Below are positions 1 through 10,218 of a stretch of DNA of 64,000 nt, in pieces. The stretch is taken from contig JBBCAW010000078.1 of assembly GCA_051382295.1 (NCBI GenBank), positions 13,558 through 77,557 of the forward strand, written 5' to 3'. Positions within the stretch are counted from its first letter, which is position 1. Every line of letters starts with the position of its first letter. A model generated the notes under the pieces. That model was not told the DNA's origin, did no database searches, and worked only from the letters and a program-made list of their open reading frames with translations. Position numbers and translations under genes: made by a program. The DNA is from Bdellovibrionota bacterium FG-1 (lineage in GTDB: Bacteria > Bdellovibrionota > UBA1018).

Positions 1-1058
1 CCATAGGTTAAATTGTCAGTGAAGATGACCTTCACTTCTTTGACACCCTTAGCCTTCAACTCCTCAATCTTAACTTCGCTCAACTCCTGATTACACTCGA
101 GAAGAACTTCACCTGTCTTCTCATCGACAATATCTTCAGAAGCCACTCGCCCAAATACAGCCTCGGTCGGCACTTCAAGACGCTTAATGCCAGCATCCTG
201 AATGCGCTTAATCACTGCCTTGGTGAATTTGCGATTCTTTTTGACGATCGCTTCACCCGTTTTTGGATCTGAGATGTCATCTTCGGCGCGCTGACCTGAC
301 AAAATATCAAGATCTACCGCTTTATAGAACTTACCGTCCTTATCGAAAATGACCTTCTCCATGCGATAGAAGAAGTTCAAAACCTCAAAATTGGACATCC
401 CCATGGCGCGCAAAATAATCGTCGCCGGAAGCTTTCGCTTCCGATCGATACGAGCATAAAGAACGTCTTTATGATCGAACTCGAAATCGAGCCAAGAACC
501 GCGATGCGGAATGACACGGGCCGAATACAAGATCTTACCGCTCGAATGACTCTTTCCAGAATCATGATCGAAAATAACACCGGGTGAGCGGTGCAATTGA
601 CTGACGATCACGCGCTCGGTTCCATTAATGATAAAAGAACCGGCTTCGGTCATGAGCGGAATTTCGCCCATGTAAACTTCCTGCTCTTTGATATCACGAA
701 TATTACGAGTACCAGCCTCCTCATCTACATCATAGACAACAAGGCGAACAGTAATCTTCAGAGGAGCCGCAAACGTCATTCCACGTTGACGGCATTCGCC
801 AACATCATACTTTGGTTTTTCGAGAGAGTAGCTCTCAAATTCCAAAGATGCTGTGCGATTGAAGTCTTCAATCGGAAAAACCGATTTAAAGACAGCTTGA
901 AGACCCATACTCTCGCGCTTTTGCGGCGAAACATCCGCCTGGAGAAATTTCTCGTAAGACTTGCGCTGAAGCTCAATCAGATTCGGAATCTCGACCGGGG
1001 AGGTGATTTTTGAGAAATCCTTCCGGATTCGGCGATTTTCCGAAAAAAGGGAGGCCAT
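1..1058 (-). CDS. rpoB: RNA polymerase beta subunit, N-terminal part (runs off left edge)
   Basis: Manual translation from ATG at 1058: [18 protein letters not shown]...[18 protein letters not shown]...[19 protein letters not shown] upstream; follows rplL. Confidence 0.97.
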   Translation of the reverse strand, partial: MASLFSENRRIRKDFSKITSPVEIPNLIELQRKSYEKFLQADVSPQKRESMGLQAVFKSVFPIEDFNRTASLEFESYSLEKPKYDVGECRQRGMTFAAPLKITVRLVVYDVDEEAGTRNIRDIKEQEVYMGEIPLMTEAGSFIINGTERVIVSQLHRSPGVIFDHDSGKSHSSGKILYSARVIPHRGSWLDFEFDHKDVLYARIDRKRKLPATIILRAMGMSNFEVLNFFYRMEKVIFDKDGKFYKAVDLDILSGQRAEDDISDPKTGEAIVKKNRKFTKAVIKRIQDAGIKRLEVPTEAVFGRVASEDIVDEKTGEVLLECNQELSEVKIEELKAKGVKEVKVIFTDNLTY

Positions 1059-1122
1059 GCGTGCTCCTTAAGGAGAGATATCCTAGAAATTAATAACTTT
1101 TTAATGACAACGTGGGCATGCC

Positions 1123-1177
1123 CGCGACCGCACCCTACCTACCCATATTTTCTACAGGAAGGCAAGGGCGCAGCGCA
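1123..1177 (-). promoter_or_regulatory. Long stem-loop in rpoB leader (rplL-rpoB intergenic)
   Basis: Minus strand CTGCGCCCT..CCTGTA-GAAAA-TATGGG..AGGGTGCGG pairs (with G-U); TTGACA lies just after the rplL stop. Confidence 0.5.
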
Positions 1178-1227
1178 GGATTTTCAAGTCACGGGCAACT
1201 AAATAAAATAAAGCAAATATGTCAAGA

Positions 1228-1611
1228 TTACTTGATCTCAACCTTGGCACCTTCAGCTTCGAGCTTCTTCTTAATTTCTTCAGCTTCAGCCTTAGCAATG
1301 CCTTCTTTAACGGCCTTAGGAGCGCCTTCAACGAGATCCTTGGCTTCTTTCAAGCCAAGACCGGTGATCGCGCGGACTTCCTTAATCACGTTGATCTTCT
1401 TTTCGCCAGCGGCAGCAAGAACAACCGTGAATTCGGTCTGAACTTCAGCAGCAGGACCAGCGGCAGCGGCCGAACTACCACCCATCATTACAGGAGCAGC
1501 GGCCGAAACGCCAAACTTGGTTTCCAGGTCCTTAACGAGCTGCGAAAGCTCGAGAACGGACATGTTTTCAATGAAGGAAACAACTTGTTCTTTAGTGACT
1601 GCGGTCGACAT
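1228..1611 (-). CDS. rplL: 50S ribosomal protein L7/L12
   Basis: [39 protein letters not shown] motifs; operon position. Confidence 0.98.
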   Translation of the reverse strand: MSTAVTKEQVVSFIENMSVLELSQLVKDLETKFGVSAAAPVMMGGSSAAAAGPAAEVQTEFTVVLAAAGEKKINVIKEVRAITGLGLKEAKDLVEGAPKAVKEGIAKAEAEEIKKKLEAEGAKVEIK

Positions 1612-1731
1612 GAATTACCTCTACTTTTACTTCTTAATTCCTGCTGCCGTCATGACACCAGGCTTTGTTTTAGAATCTGTTTCCGACAGCTTTCCTGACT
1701 GTCAGTTAAGCTCGATACCCAGTCGCGCGCA

Positions 1732-2271
1732 TCACGCTTGGGGACTCGCCTTCTTCTTTTCAATGGCCGAAAGTACCGTGACCAGACTACGCGGCACTGC
1801 GGCCAAGACACCAACGAAATTCCGAATGGGGCCATTCATCGCACTCAACAACATCCCCAACAGAACTTCCTTGCCCGGAAGCTTCGCGAGTTCTTCGACG
1901 CCAGACACGCCTACCCGCTTCGTCCCCATGAGGCTCTCCTTGAGCTTAAAGGCCTCATTATCCTGGGCAAACTTATGCATAATTTTTGCGGCAGCGGCAG
2001 GATCGCCGTAGGCAAAAGTAACGAGCGTCGGTCCGACGACGCCGTCCATCAAATTTTTAGCTTCTTCACCCATCGAGCCATCTTTAGTCAAAAGACGAGC
2101 GACGTTGTTTTTCAGCACCTTAACTTCAGCATGAGTTCCGCGCAACTGCCGACGAAGATCGTCCGCCTGAGTAGCGGTGATCCCCTTATAGTCAGCAAAG
2201 ATCGCAACCTTGGCCTTATTGAACTTTTCCTTAAGCACTGAAGCGAGTTCAGTTTTTTCTGTACGATTCAT
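1732..2271 (-). CDS. rplJ: 50S ribosomal protein L10
   Basis: ADYKGIT..LRRQLR, KVLKNN, LAKLPGKEVLLGMLL motifs; between rplA and rplL. Confidence 0.97.
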   Translation of the reverse strand: MNRTEKTELASVLKEKFNKAKVAIFADYKGITATQADDLRRQLRGTHAEVKVLKNNVARLLTKDGSMGEEAKNLMDGVVGPTLVTFAYGDPAAAAKIMHKFAQDNEAFKLKESLMGTKRVGVSGVEELAKLPGKEVLLGMLLSAMNGPIRNFVGVLAAVPRSLVTVLSAIEKKKASPQA

Positions 2272-2316
2272 GGCTATAACCTCTAAAATCTTTGGGTTTC
2301 CTAAAATCAGGGATGA

Positions 2317-3054
2317 TTAGACGCCCGTTGCACCCGACGTCGCATCGACAGGATCGAGCGAAATTCCAGGACTCATAGTCGCAGACAATGTGACCGACCT
2401 CATATAGGTGCCCTTGCTGGTAGGCGGCTTGGCCTTCATCAGAGTGCTCACCAAAGTATTGAAATTTTCTCTTAACTTTTGGGCGCCAAAAGACTTCTTA
2501 CCAAGAACGACATGCACGATCCCGGCTTTTTCGGTGCGATACTCCACCTTACCCAACTTTTGCTCTTTGACGGCCTTAGCCACATCAAAAGTCACCGTGC
2601 CCAACTTTGGATTCGGCATCAAACCACGGGGGCCAAGGATCTTACCCACCTTAGAAACTGCCACCATCATATCCGGGGTAGCAATCATCTTATCGAACTC
2701 AAGCCAACCACCCTGAATTTTTTCGATCAAGTCATCGGAGCCCACCACGTCCGCTCCAGCAACCTCAGCCTCTTTAGCTTTATCGCCCTTAGCCAAAACC
2801 GCAATACGAGCGACCTTACCTGTGCCGTGAGGCAACACTACCGCTCCACGAACCATCTGGTCCGAATGCTTTGGATCCACACCCAAGCCAAAGGCCACAT
2901 CAACGGTCTCGTCGAACTTAGCGAAGGCTACCTGCGGAAGCAGATCAAATGCTTCTGACACAGAATAAATCTTGGTCGCTTCGAATTTTTCAAGAGCGGC
3001 AAAATATTTCTTACCGTGTTTACCCATTCTTTTCACTTTAACTACTTCTGCCAT
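2317..3054 (-). CDS. rplA: 50S ribosomal protein L1
   Basis: [39 protein letters not shown]; start set to ATG 3054, 6 nt after GAGGA SD. Confidence 0.97.
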   Translation of the reverse strand: MAEVVKVKRMGKHGKKYFAALEKFEATKIYSVSEAFDLLPQVAFAKFDETVDVAFGLGVDPKHSDQMVRGAVVLPHGTGKVARIAVLAKGDKAKEAEVAGADVVGSDDLIEKIQGGWLEFDKMIATPDMMVAVSKVGKILGPRGLMPNPKLGTVTFDVAKAVKEQKLGKVEYRTEKAGIVHVVLGKKSFGAQKLRENFNTLVSTLMKAKPPTSKGTYMRSVTLSATMSPGISLDPVDATSGATGV

Positions 3055-3066
3055 AATCATTCCTCG

Positions 3067-3100
3067 GTGGTTCAAACGCCAAAACAAGTCTGGCTCCCAC
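3067..3100 (-). promoter_or_regulatory. Putative L1-binding autoregulatory RNA site between rplK and rplA
   Basis: Minus strand GTGGGAG-CCAGAC-TT-GTTTTGG-CGTTTGAACCAC resembles the L1 leader (GGGAG...ACCAC around a hairpin) and abuts the rplA SD. Confidence 0.7.
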
Positions 3101-3133
3101 TTTTTAAGACTGACCCCTACGGGGCCCTAGAAA

Positions 3134-3559
3134 TCAATCAACAACCGTAATCCCAGCACTACGAGCAGTACCGGAAACCGTACGCATTGCAGCCTCAACA
3201 CTGCCCGCGTTCAAATCAGGCAACTTGATTTTAGCAATTTCTTCCACTTGCTTTTTTGTGACCTTGCCCACTTTAGTTTTATTAGGCTGGCCTGATCCCT
3301 TTTCAATCTGCGCTGCTTTAAACAGAAGAATAGATGCAGGAGGGGTCTTCGTAATAAACGTAAAAGAACGATCCGAATAGACGGTGATAATCACCGGAAT
3401 GATCGTACCCTTTTGGTCCTGCGTCTTGGCGTTAAAAGCCTTGCAGAACTCCATGATATTGACACCACGTTGACCGAGCGCCGGCCCCACAGGAGGAGCA
3501 GGATTCGCCTGTCCACCAGGGATTTGAAGCTTGATCTGACCAGTTACCTTCTTTGCCAT
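3134..3559 (-). CDS. rplK: 50S ribosomal protein L11
   Basis: [29 protein letters not shown]. Confidence 0.98.
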   Translation of the reverse strand: MAKKVTGQIKLQIPGGQANPAPPVGPALGQRGVNIMEFCKAFNAKTQDQKGTIIPVIITVYSDRSFTFITKTPPASILLFKAAQIEKGSGQPNKTKVGKVTKKQVEEIAKIKLPDLNAGSVEAAMRTVSGTARSAGITVVD

Positions 3560-3633
3560 AAATACTCTTTCCTAAAATACGCTTTCCTAAACGGCGATTG
3601 GAATATGGAATCGCGACCTATTAGCACATATGC

Positions 3634-4191
3634 CTAAATCTTTTCAACCTGAATAAAATCTAATTCCACCGGAGTGGACCGGCCAAAAATACTCACAAGC
3701 ACTTTGACCTTACCTTTATCGGGATTAACGTCTTCAACCACTCCATTAAAGTTCGAAAAAGGCCCATCAATGACGCGGACACTCTCCCCCTCTTGGAAGG
3801 AAATCCGGGGGCGGGGCTTAACCTGACCCTCCGCAATCCGATTGGTCATTTTCTGAACATCACTCTCAGGCACCGGCATCGGACGAATCTTATCTCCCAC
3901 AAAACCGGTGATTTTTGGAGTGTTCTTGACAATATGCCAAGTCTCCTCGGTCAAATTCATTTTCACGAGAATATAACCTGGAAAGAAACGGCGTTTGGTC
4001 GTTTTCTTTTGGCCCTTAACTAGTTCAACCACATTTTCTTCAGGTACAATGATTTCGCCGAAAAAAGCTTCTTTCTTCGAGGCCTTAATACGTTCCTCGA
4101 GACCTAGTTTTGCCTTATTCTCAAAACCTGAATACGTGTGAATCACATACCAGGACATTTCATGAGCAGGTTGCATCAATAGCTCAGTCAC
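3634..4191 (-). CDS. nusG: Transcription elongation factor NusG
   Basis: WYVIHTYSGFE, FFPGYILV, KOW VIDGPF, IFGRSTPVELDF; start GTG 4191 or ATG 4176. Confidence 0.96.
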   Translation of the reverse strand: MTELLMQPAHEMSWYVIHTYSGFENKAKLGLEERIKASKKEAFFGEIIVPEENVVELVKGQKKTTKRRFFPGYILVKMNLTEETWHIVKNTPKITGFVGDKIRPMPVPESDVQKMTNRIAEGQVKPRPRISFQEGESVRVIDGPFSNFNGVVEDVNPDKGKVKVLVSIFGRSTPVELDFIQVEKI

Positions 4192-4202
4192 CCAAGACCC
4201 CC

Positions 4203-4577
4203 TTAAACGACCATCTTTAAAAGCGCAGTCCAAATATAATCCAAGAATCCCAAAAACATTCCGGAAAGAACCACCATAATGATGACCACAAACGTGGCAC
4301 TGGTTGTTTCCTTTTGCGTGGGCCAGGTCACACGAGCAAGCTCGGTCATAACTTCATTCATAAATTGATTGGCGCGCTGATGGCGATACATTGCCATAAA
4401 CAAAATCAAACCAGCCAAGACCGATAGCCCCCGAACAACGAGATCAAAATTGCGAATGCGCGCTTCGAGGTCAAAAGCTCCACCGAGATGCAGGCCCGCC
4501 GAAAAAACGACGTACCCCACCAGAACGGCAAGAGCCAGATAACTCGTATTTACCCACTTTTGATATTGAGATTCCAT
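4203..4577 (-). CDS. secE: Preprotein translocase subunit SecE (3-TM type)
   Basis: ELARVTWPTQKET motif; between tRNA-Trp and nusG; start ATG 4577. Confidence 0.93.
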   Translation of the reverse strand: MESQYQKWVNTSYLALAVLVGYVVFSAGLHLGGAFDLEARIRNFDLVVRGLSVLAGLILFMAMYRHQRANQFMNEVMTELARVTWPTQKETTSATFVVIIMVVLSGMFLGFLDYIWTALLKMVV

Positions 4578-4602
4578 AGTCTTCAGCCTTCGATCCGTAA
4601 AA

Positions 4603-4678
4603 TGGCAGGGCAGGAGGGATTCGAACCCACAACCCACGGATTTGGAATCCGTTGCTCTACCGTTGGAGCTACTGCCCT
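4603..4678 (-). tRNA. tRNA-Trp (CCA)
   Basis: AGGGCAG acceptor stem, anticodon arm ACGGA-TT-CCA-AA-TCCGT, TTCGAAT T-loop, 3' CCA encoded. Confidence 0.97.
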
Positions 4679-4684
4679 ACTAGA

Positions 4685-4834
4685 TTACTTACCTTCGCGA
4701 TGAGAGGTATGCTTACGACAGAATTTGCAGAATTTTTTGAATTCAAGCTTATCCGTAGTTTTCTGTTTATTCTTGGTCGTAGAATAATTTTTTCGCTTGC
4801 ACCCAGTACAGTCCAAACTAACGATTACGCGCAT
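4685..4834 (-). CDS. rpmG: 50S ribosomal protein L33, Zn-binding (C+) form; not in ORF track
   Basis: Manual translation [49 protein letters not shown]. Confidence 0.96.
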   Translation of the reverse strand: MRVIVSLDCTGCKRKNYSTTKNKQKTTDKLEFKKFCKFCRKHTSHREGK

Positions 4835-4887
4835 AACTACTTCCTAACAAAAAGCACACCGAAACGTGCTTGAATTGAATTCCAAAC

Positions 4888-4909
4888 GGGGGAGGGTCAG
4901 CCCTCCCCC
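4888..4909 (-). terminator. GC-rich hairpin downstream of tuf
   Basis: GGGGGAGGG-4nt-CCCTCCCCC; weak U tract, so may be a processing/stability stem. Confidence 0.5.
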
Positions 4910-4930
4910 CTCGGAACCTATGATCACTAA

Positions 4931-6121
4931 TTATTCGATAATTTCAGCAACGACACCTGCACCAACAGTGCGGCCGCCTTCGCGAATAGCAAAACGAAGC
5001 TCCTTTTCCATGGCGATTGGAGTAATCAATTCAACTTCCATCTGGATGTTGTCGCCAGGCATAACCATTTCCACGTTCGGAGGAAGAGTCACAACGCCGG
5101 TAACATCAGTCGTACGGAAGTAGAACTGAGGACGATAACCCTTGAAGAACGGAGTATGACGACCGCCTTCTTCCTTGGTGAGAATGTAAGCAGAGCCCTT
5201 GAATTTTTTGTGAGGAGTCACAGTGCCGGTATGAGCCAGCACCTGACCACGCTCAACTTCTTCCTTCTTGGTACCACGAAGGAGGGCGCCGATATTATCG
5301 CCAGCCTCACCCTGATCCAGAAGTTTGCGGAACATTTCAACACCCGTTACAACGGACTTGATGGTTGGGCGCAAACCGATGATTTCAACTTCTTCACCGA
5401 CCTTGATCACACCGCGCTCAACACGACCGGTGACCACAGTACCACGACCAGAGATCGAGAATACGTCTTCAACAGGCATGAGGAACGGCTTATCTTTTTC
5501 ACGTTTCGGTTGAGGAATGTAAGTGTCACAGGCCTCCATGAGCTTTAGAATGGCTGGCTCGCCCATTTCGCCCTGATCACCTTCGAGAGCCTTAGTGGCC
5601 GAACCCTTGATGATCGGAATCGAGTCACCAGGAAACTTATACGAGGTGAGCAACTCACGAACTTCCATTTCAACAAGCTCTAAAAGTTCCGCGTCGTCGA
5701 CCATGTCACATTTATTCATGAATACGACAACCGCTGGAACACCCACTTGGCGTGCCAAGAGGATATGTTCGCGAGTCTGAGGCATCGGACCGTCAGCAGC
5801 CGAGACCACGAGAATAGCACCGTCCATTTGGGCAGCGCCGGTGATCATGTTTTTCACATAGTCGGCGTGTCCTGGGCAGTCCACATGAGCATAGTGCCGA
5901 TTGGCAGTCTGATACTCAACATGGGTGGTGTTAATCGTAATACCGCGCGCTTTTTCTTCGGGCGCGTTATCGATTTGGTCATAAGCACGAGCCTGAGCCC
6001 AACCTTTCTTGGCGAGCGTCGTGGTGATGGCAGCGGTCAACGTCGTCTTACCATGGTCGACGTGACCAATGGTGCCGATGTTCACATGTGGTTTACTTCT
6101 ATCAAATTTCTCTTTCGACAT
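4931..6121 (-). CDS. tuf: Elongation factor Tu
   Basis: [34 protein letters not shown]. Confidence 0.99.
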   Translation of the reverse strand: MSKEKFDRSKPHVNIGTIGHVDHGKTTLTAAITTTLAKKGWAQARAYDQIDNAPEEKARGITINTTHVEYQTANRHYAHVDCPGHADYVKNMITGAAQMDGAILVVSAADGPMPQTREHILLARQVGVPAVVVFMNKCDMVDDAELLELVEMEVRELLTSYKFPGDSIPIIKGSATKALEGDQGEMGEPAILKLMEACDTYIPQPKREKDKPFLMPVEDVFSISGRGTVVTGRVERGVIKVGEEVEIIGLRPTIKSVVTGVEMFRKLLDQGEAGDNIGALLRGTKKEEVERGQVLAHTGTVTPHKKFKGSAYILTKEEGGRHTPFFKGYRPQFYFRTTDVTGVVTLPPNVEMVMPGDNIQMEVELITPIAMEKELRFAIREGGRTVGAGVVAEIIE

Positions 6122-6258
6122 ACCTAAACTAGGCCTCCGAGTGTTTGGTGAGGTTTGTTTTTTGCCTAGAGCAGCGCTCGCTTAGCCACCGGAACCTACA
6201 ACCGGCTTTTTTCGGCACAGGCCAGATAAACCCTACATTTATCCGGCTTGCAGAAAAC

Positions 6259-6333
<75 letters not shown>

Positions 6334-6377
6334 GAACCTAAAATTTTTCGATCCAGAAGAAGTGTCACAGCTTGTTA

Positions 6378-6454
6378 TGGAGCGGGAAAAGGGACTCGAA
6401 CCCTCAACCCTCGGCTTGGAAAGCCGATGCTCTAGCCAATTGAGCTATTCCCGC
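6378..6454 (-). tRNA. tRNA-Gly (TCC)
   Basis: GCGGGAA acceptor; anticodon arm TCGGC-TT-TCC-AA-GCCGA; CCA end. Confidence 0.96.
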
Positions 6455-6565
6455 CCAAACCAAACTCCGCGCAATCTTCACACTTCTGCCAGATTATGAC
6501 CCCTTTACCCTCAATAATTTGAAAAGTCTAAGAAGAATTCATTCTTTATTTAGACAAAGCAGCAA

Positions 6566-6651
6566 TGGTGGAGAGAGAAGGATTCGAACCTTCGAAGGCA
6601 TACGCCGCCAGATTTACAGTCTGGTCCCTTTGGCCACTTGGGTATCTCTCC
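6566..6651 (-). tRNA. tRNA-Tyr (GTA)
   Basis: Anticodon arm CCAGA-CT-GTA-AA-TCTGG; long variable arm; CCA end. Confidence 0.96.
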
Positions 6652-6778
6652 GATTTTATTACTACTTTTACCGATCTATCCCCTGAGCGAGCAAGTACTT
6701 ACCAGGGAAAAACCAATGAATCCGTTGGCACTTACTGCCAGAACTTCACAAGAAGTGCGAGCCTCTTTTTTGAAAAAA

Positions 6779-6854
6779 TGGAGCTGGAGAGGGGACTCGA
6801 ACCCATGACCTGCGGTTTACAAAACCGCTGCTCTACCAACTGAGCTACTCCAGC
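6779..6854 (-). tRNA. tRNA-Thr (TGT)
   Basis: Anticodon arm GCGGT-TT-TGT-AA-ACCGC; CCA end; classic Thr-Tyr-Gly-Thr-tuf order. Confidence 0.96.
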
Positions 6855-6983
6855 CCATAATCACTCAGTCGCTCGCACCGACGTAGGTTTAGAAAAATTC
6901 CATCGTTTCAGCAAAAAGTCAATACCGAAATACAAGCGACTTATACTTGACAGAGGAGGAGACAAGGTGGAAATTGCGGGCCT

Positions 6984-7622
6984 ATGAAAAAAACCATCCT
7001 TTTGATTTTATTGGCAGTTAGCTGTGCGATTGCTTCTGGATCAGCTCAAGCTCGAACCAAAAAATCTGCAGCTACAAAGACCCCTCACCCGGCCCCCACC
7101 GAAGAAACCGTGACCAGCCAAATGTCGGCACCTGAACATACCGATAGCGCCATGACTTTCGGCGCAGGTGTGAGCACGAATTCAGCAATCCCCAATGGAG
7201 GTGCCAGCCTGACCGGCATCATCAACCTGACGTCTCACGACTTGATTCAGGTTTTGTTGAGCGTTCCTGGCACAGTCGGCGCTTTTCAGTTCGGAATTGC
7301 CGGAATGCTCAAACACACCGTATTTGGAAATCAAACCACAGGCTTCCATGTCGGTGGCGGTTTAGGCTTAGGAACCACGGGTGATTTCGCCATGGCGGTC
7401 TCTGGCGTCGTGGGAGTTCACTTTGAGATCCCCAACACCAATATCTCTCTGCATTTTGACGGTGGCCCGAAACTGGGAATCTATAAGACCTCCATCCCAG
7501 CAGCAGCCGCTGCGGCTGCGGCCGCCGCCGCCGCAGGCCTCTCCACTAGCTCAACTGAGACGGATTTTTCGTTGGCACCTTTTTCAGGAGTCCTTGGAGC
7601 CAGCGCCATCTATATGTTCTAA
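6984..7622 (+). CDS. Exported protein, probable small outer-membrane beta-barrel with poly-Ala loop
   Basis: Signal peptide (..SAQA), Gly/aromatic alternating strands, C-terminal YMF. Confidence 0.65.
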   Translation: MKKTILLILLAVSCAIASGSAQARTKKSAATKTPHPAPTEETVTSQMSAPEHTDSAMTFGAGVSTNSAIPNGGASLTGIINLTSHDLIQVLLSVPGTVGAFQFGIAGMLKHTVFGNQTTGFHVGGGLGLGTTGDFAMAVSGVVGVHFEIPNTNISLHFDGGPKLGIYKTSIPAAAAAAAAAAAAGLSTSSTETDFSLAPFSGVLGASAIYMF

Positions 7623-7734
7623 GTCTGCTCTGATTTCATTCTACCTATTATTCATGAGGGCATTTCTTGGACTGAACTTCAACCAAGAGATGCCCTTTTC
7701 ATTTTCTCTAGAGTCGGTTTAATATAGAGAGAGA

Positions 7735-8712
7735 TTGAAACACTTAGAACGCCGCAAACCCGTACTCATCGTCCAACATGCACCCCATGAGCACCCCGCT
7801 GCCCTCAGACGCGCCCTAGAAAGCCAGGGGATCCAAACCCTGTGGATTCATCCCTACCAGGGCGAAGCCTATCCGGAACGAAAAGAAATTGCGGGAATCA
7901 TTTCGCTCGGCGGTCCGATGGGAGCCAACGACGAGCACCACCATCCTTGGATTGACACTGAAATAACACTCATGCGCGAGTGCACAAGAGCCAGCATGCC
8001 GGTCGTCGGCATCTGTCTGGGTGGCCAGATGCTCGCCCGCGCATTAGGGGGCGCCGTTGAACAAAACCACATTCATGAGGTTGGGTGGTTTCCGATTGAG
8101 GTAACCTCTGATGGTCGCAAAGACCCAATTATTGGAGCGGCGGGAATCCGACCTACGGTCTACCACTGGCACGGAGACACCTTTCACCTCCCCCCCAACG
8201 CCGTCCTCTTGGCGAGTTCGCGCGCCTGCCCCAGACAAGCCTTTCGGATCGGCGATCATGCGTATGGTTTTCAGTTTCACCCCGAGGCCGATCACCAGCT
8301 CGTCAATGAGTGGATGGATCTCGAAGGCGTCGAGGAAGAGATCCTCGCGGTTCAAAAGGATCACGGAGTCCGAACTGTTCAAGATTCGCAGACTCAACGA
8401 AAAAAAGCCCTCAAATATGAACGAGCCAGCCTGAAAATCACCACCGGTATTGGAGCTCTATTTCGAAAAAGAGGATGTCGTCAGCACCAAACCACTACTC
8501 CAAATGCACAATTTTCCAAATGGGTGACCCTGCAAACGCGGCTACAAATTGAGTTTGAAGGCCCCGATCGCAAATCGGTCCGCATGGAAGGCCGAATCGT
8601 CACTTTGCTTTCTATGCCAGCTGGAGACTTTGTGATCTTCAAGGATCAAAACAGACTTTTGTGGCCCATCCGTCAAACGGATTTAACCCAAGTCACTGCC
8701 CTCGTCGATTAG
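7735..8712 (+). CDS. Type 1 glutamine amidotransferase-like protein with C-terminal extension
   Basis: GGPMGA, GICLGGQ (catalytic Cys), WHGDTF, QFHPE. Confidence 0.88.
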   Translation: MKHLERRKPVLIVQHAPHEHPAALRRALESQGIQTLWIHPYQGEAYPERKEIAGIISLGGPMGANDEHHHPWIDTEITLMRECTRASMPVVGICLGGQMLARALGGAVEQNHIHEVGWFPIEVTSDGRKDPIIGAAGIRPTVYHWHGDTFHLPPNAVLLASSRACPRQAFRIGDHAYGFQFHPEADHQLVNEWMDLEGVEEEILAVQKDHGVRTVQDSQTQRKKALKYERASLKITTGIGALFRKRGCRQHQTTTPNAQFSKWVTLQTRLQIEFEGPDRKSVRMEGRIVTLLSMPAGDFVIFKDQNRLLWPIRQTDLTQVTALVD

Positions 8713-9518
8713 GGACTGAGCGCAGAAATAAGTATCCCGGTAGCCACCGAAACATTCAGAGAAGTGACCTGCCCCTGCGCTGGAATTTTGCAAGTCACAT
8801 CACAGGACTCTTCGGTCAGCCTCCGCATGCCCTTTTCTTCATTTCCAACGACCAACAACCAAGGCCGATCTCGCTCAACGGTCCGAAAACTTTGCTTCGC
8901 ATGCTCCGAGGTCCCCAAAATCCACAGTCCAGAATCCTTGGCCACTTCAAAAGCTCGCTGTAAATTCGTCTGAAGAGTAAAGGGAACATACTCGACCCCG
9001 CCCGAAGCAACATCGTAAACCGCTGACGAAAGAGGCGCCGACCGCTCCTGAGTCAACAGAATGCCCTGCACGCCGAAAAATGAGGCCGCTCGAAAAATCG
9101 CGCCCACATTGTGGGGATCAGTCAAACTATCCAGCGCCAGCCAAAGTCCTTTACCCTCGGCCCGCTCGCGCGCGCCACGAAAAAGCTCTTCGGCGGATAC
9201 GCCTTGTCGCTCTTGAAGGGTGGCCTCGGCCACTCCCGTTCGCCCGCCAGCCTCACGCTCTCCGGTTTCAGTGCGTCGCTCTCCCCGAGACGGGCGCGAC
9301 GAACTCACTGCGCCCCCGGAAATAACCTTAACACCCTTGGCGCGCGCCACCTGAATGACTTTAAGCCAGGCGTCACGCCCGACCGCGACCTCGACACCAC
9401 TTCCGCCTTTTTGTTCACGCTCAGTCAAGCTCGCCGGCACCGTAATTTGAGTCACATCATGCGGACGAGTTTCGAGCGCGGCTAAAACACTATGCGGATT
9501 TCGAACTTGTAATGCCAC
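8709..9518 (-). CDS. rlmB: 23S rRNA Gm2251 methyltransferase (TrmH/SpoU family)
   Basis: LDSLTDPHNVGAIFR, VGNEEKGMR, SLNVSVA. Confidence 0.85.
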   Translation of the reverse strand: MALQVRNPHSVLAALETRPHDVTQITVPASLTEREQKGGSGVEVAVGRDAWLKVIQVARAKGVKVISGGAVSSSRPSRGERRTETGEREAGGRTGVAEATLQERQGVSAEELFRGARERAEGKGLWLALDSLTDPHNVGAIFRAASFFGVQGILLTQERSAPLSSAVYDVASGGVEYVPFTLQTNLQRAFEVAKDSGLWILGTSEHAKQSFRTVERDRPWLLVVGNEEKGMRRLTEESCDVTCKIPAQGQVTSLNVSVATGILISALSP

Positions 9519-10218
9519 TGAGCACTTCCTCTACTACTTTGCGCGGATCAGCCGCCTCAATCACTGGTCGGCCCATCACAATCGCACTGGCACCCGCCGC
9601 GCGCGCTTGAGAAGGCGTCATCACACGCGCCTGATCATGAGCCGAAAATCCTTCAGGTCGGATACCCGGAACCACAGTGTAAAGACTTGGAAACACCTTG
9701 CGAATCGCGGCAACTTCGAAAGCGGAGCAAACCACGCCATCAACGCCCCACGCTGGCGCATGTTCAATCAAGCCATCCACAGATTGACTCACCTCGACAG
9801 CATGCCCCGTAATCGCCTTAGTTACTTCAGCCCATCTCACATCATCAAACGAGGTCAGAACGCTCACTCCCAAGATTTTCGGCCTGAGCTCTGGAATTCC
9901 TTCCAGCTCCTTTACAGCCGCTTTAACCATCAAGCTCCCACCCGCCAAATGAAGCGAAAACATCTCTACCTGTAATAACGCCGCCTGTTGGACCGCTTTG
10001 GCAACCGTATTGGGAATATCGTGGAACTTGAGATCCAAAAAAACCCGATTTCCGCAATGCACTAATGCGCGAACGAGGTCAGGCCCCCCCGTCATAAAAA
10101 GCTCAAAACCCACCTTGTAAATCACGGGCAACCCCTTGAGGGTCTCCACCCATTCCCAAGCACGATCGGGTCGTGAAAAATCCAAGGCAACAATCAGATC
10201 TGTGTGTTGGTCTGGCAT
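9490..10218 (-). CDS. pyrF: Orotidine-5'-phosphate decarboxylase
   Basis: LIVALD, FLDLKFHDIPNTV, VPGIRP, DQARVMTP. Confidence 0.96.
   Translation of the reverse strand: MPDQHTDLIVALDFSRPDRAWEWVETLKGLPVIYKVGFELFMTGGPDLVRALVHCGNRVFLDLKFHDIPNTVAKAVQQAALLQVEMFSLHLAGGSLMVKAAVKELEGIPELRPKILGVSVLTSFDDVRWAEVTKAITGHAVEVSQSVDGLIEHAPAWGVDGVVCSAFEVAAIRKVFPSLYTVVPGIRPEGFSAHDQARVMTPSQARAAGASAIVMGRPVIEAADPRKVVEEVLSGITSSKSA

Noticed and set aside
591..1013. Plus-strand ORFs antisense to core genes (e.g. 591-1013, 1219-1698, 2479-2958, 5156-5548) and minus-strand ones at 32191-32937 and 38353-39093
   Set aside because: Shadow ORFs of conserved genes on the opposite strand; no SD or recognisable motifs.
6565..6843. 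92-aa ORF MVEREGFEPSK...
   Set aside because: Antisense translation of the tRNA-Tyr and tRNA-Thr genes.
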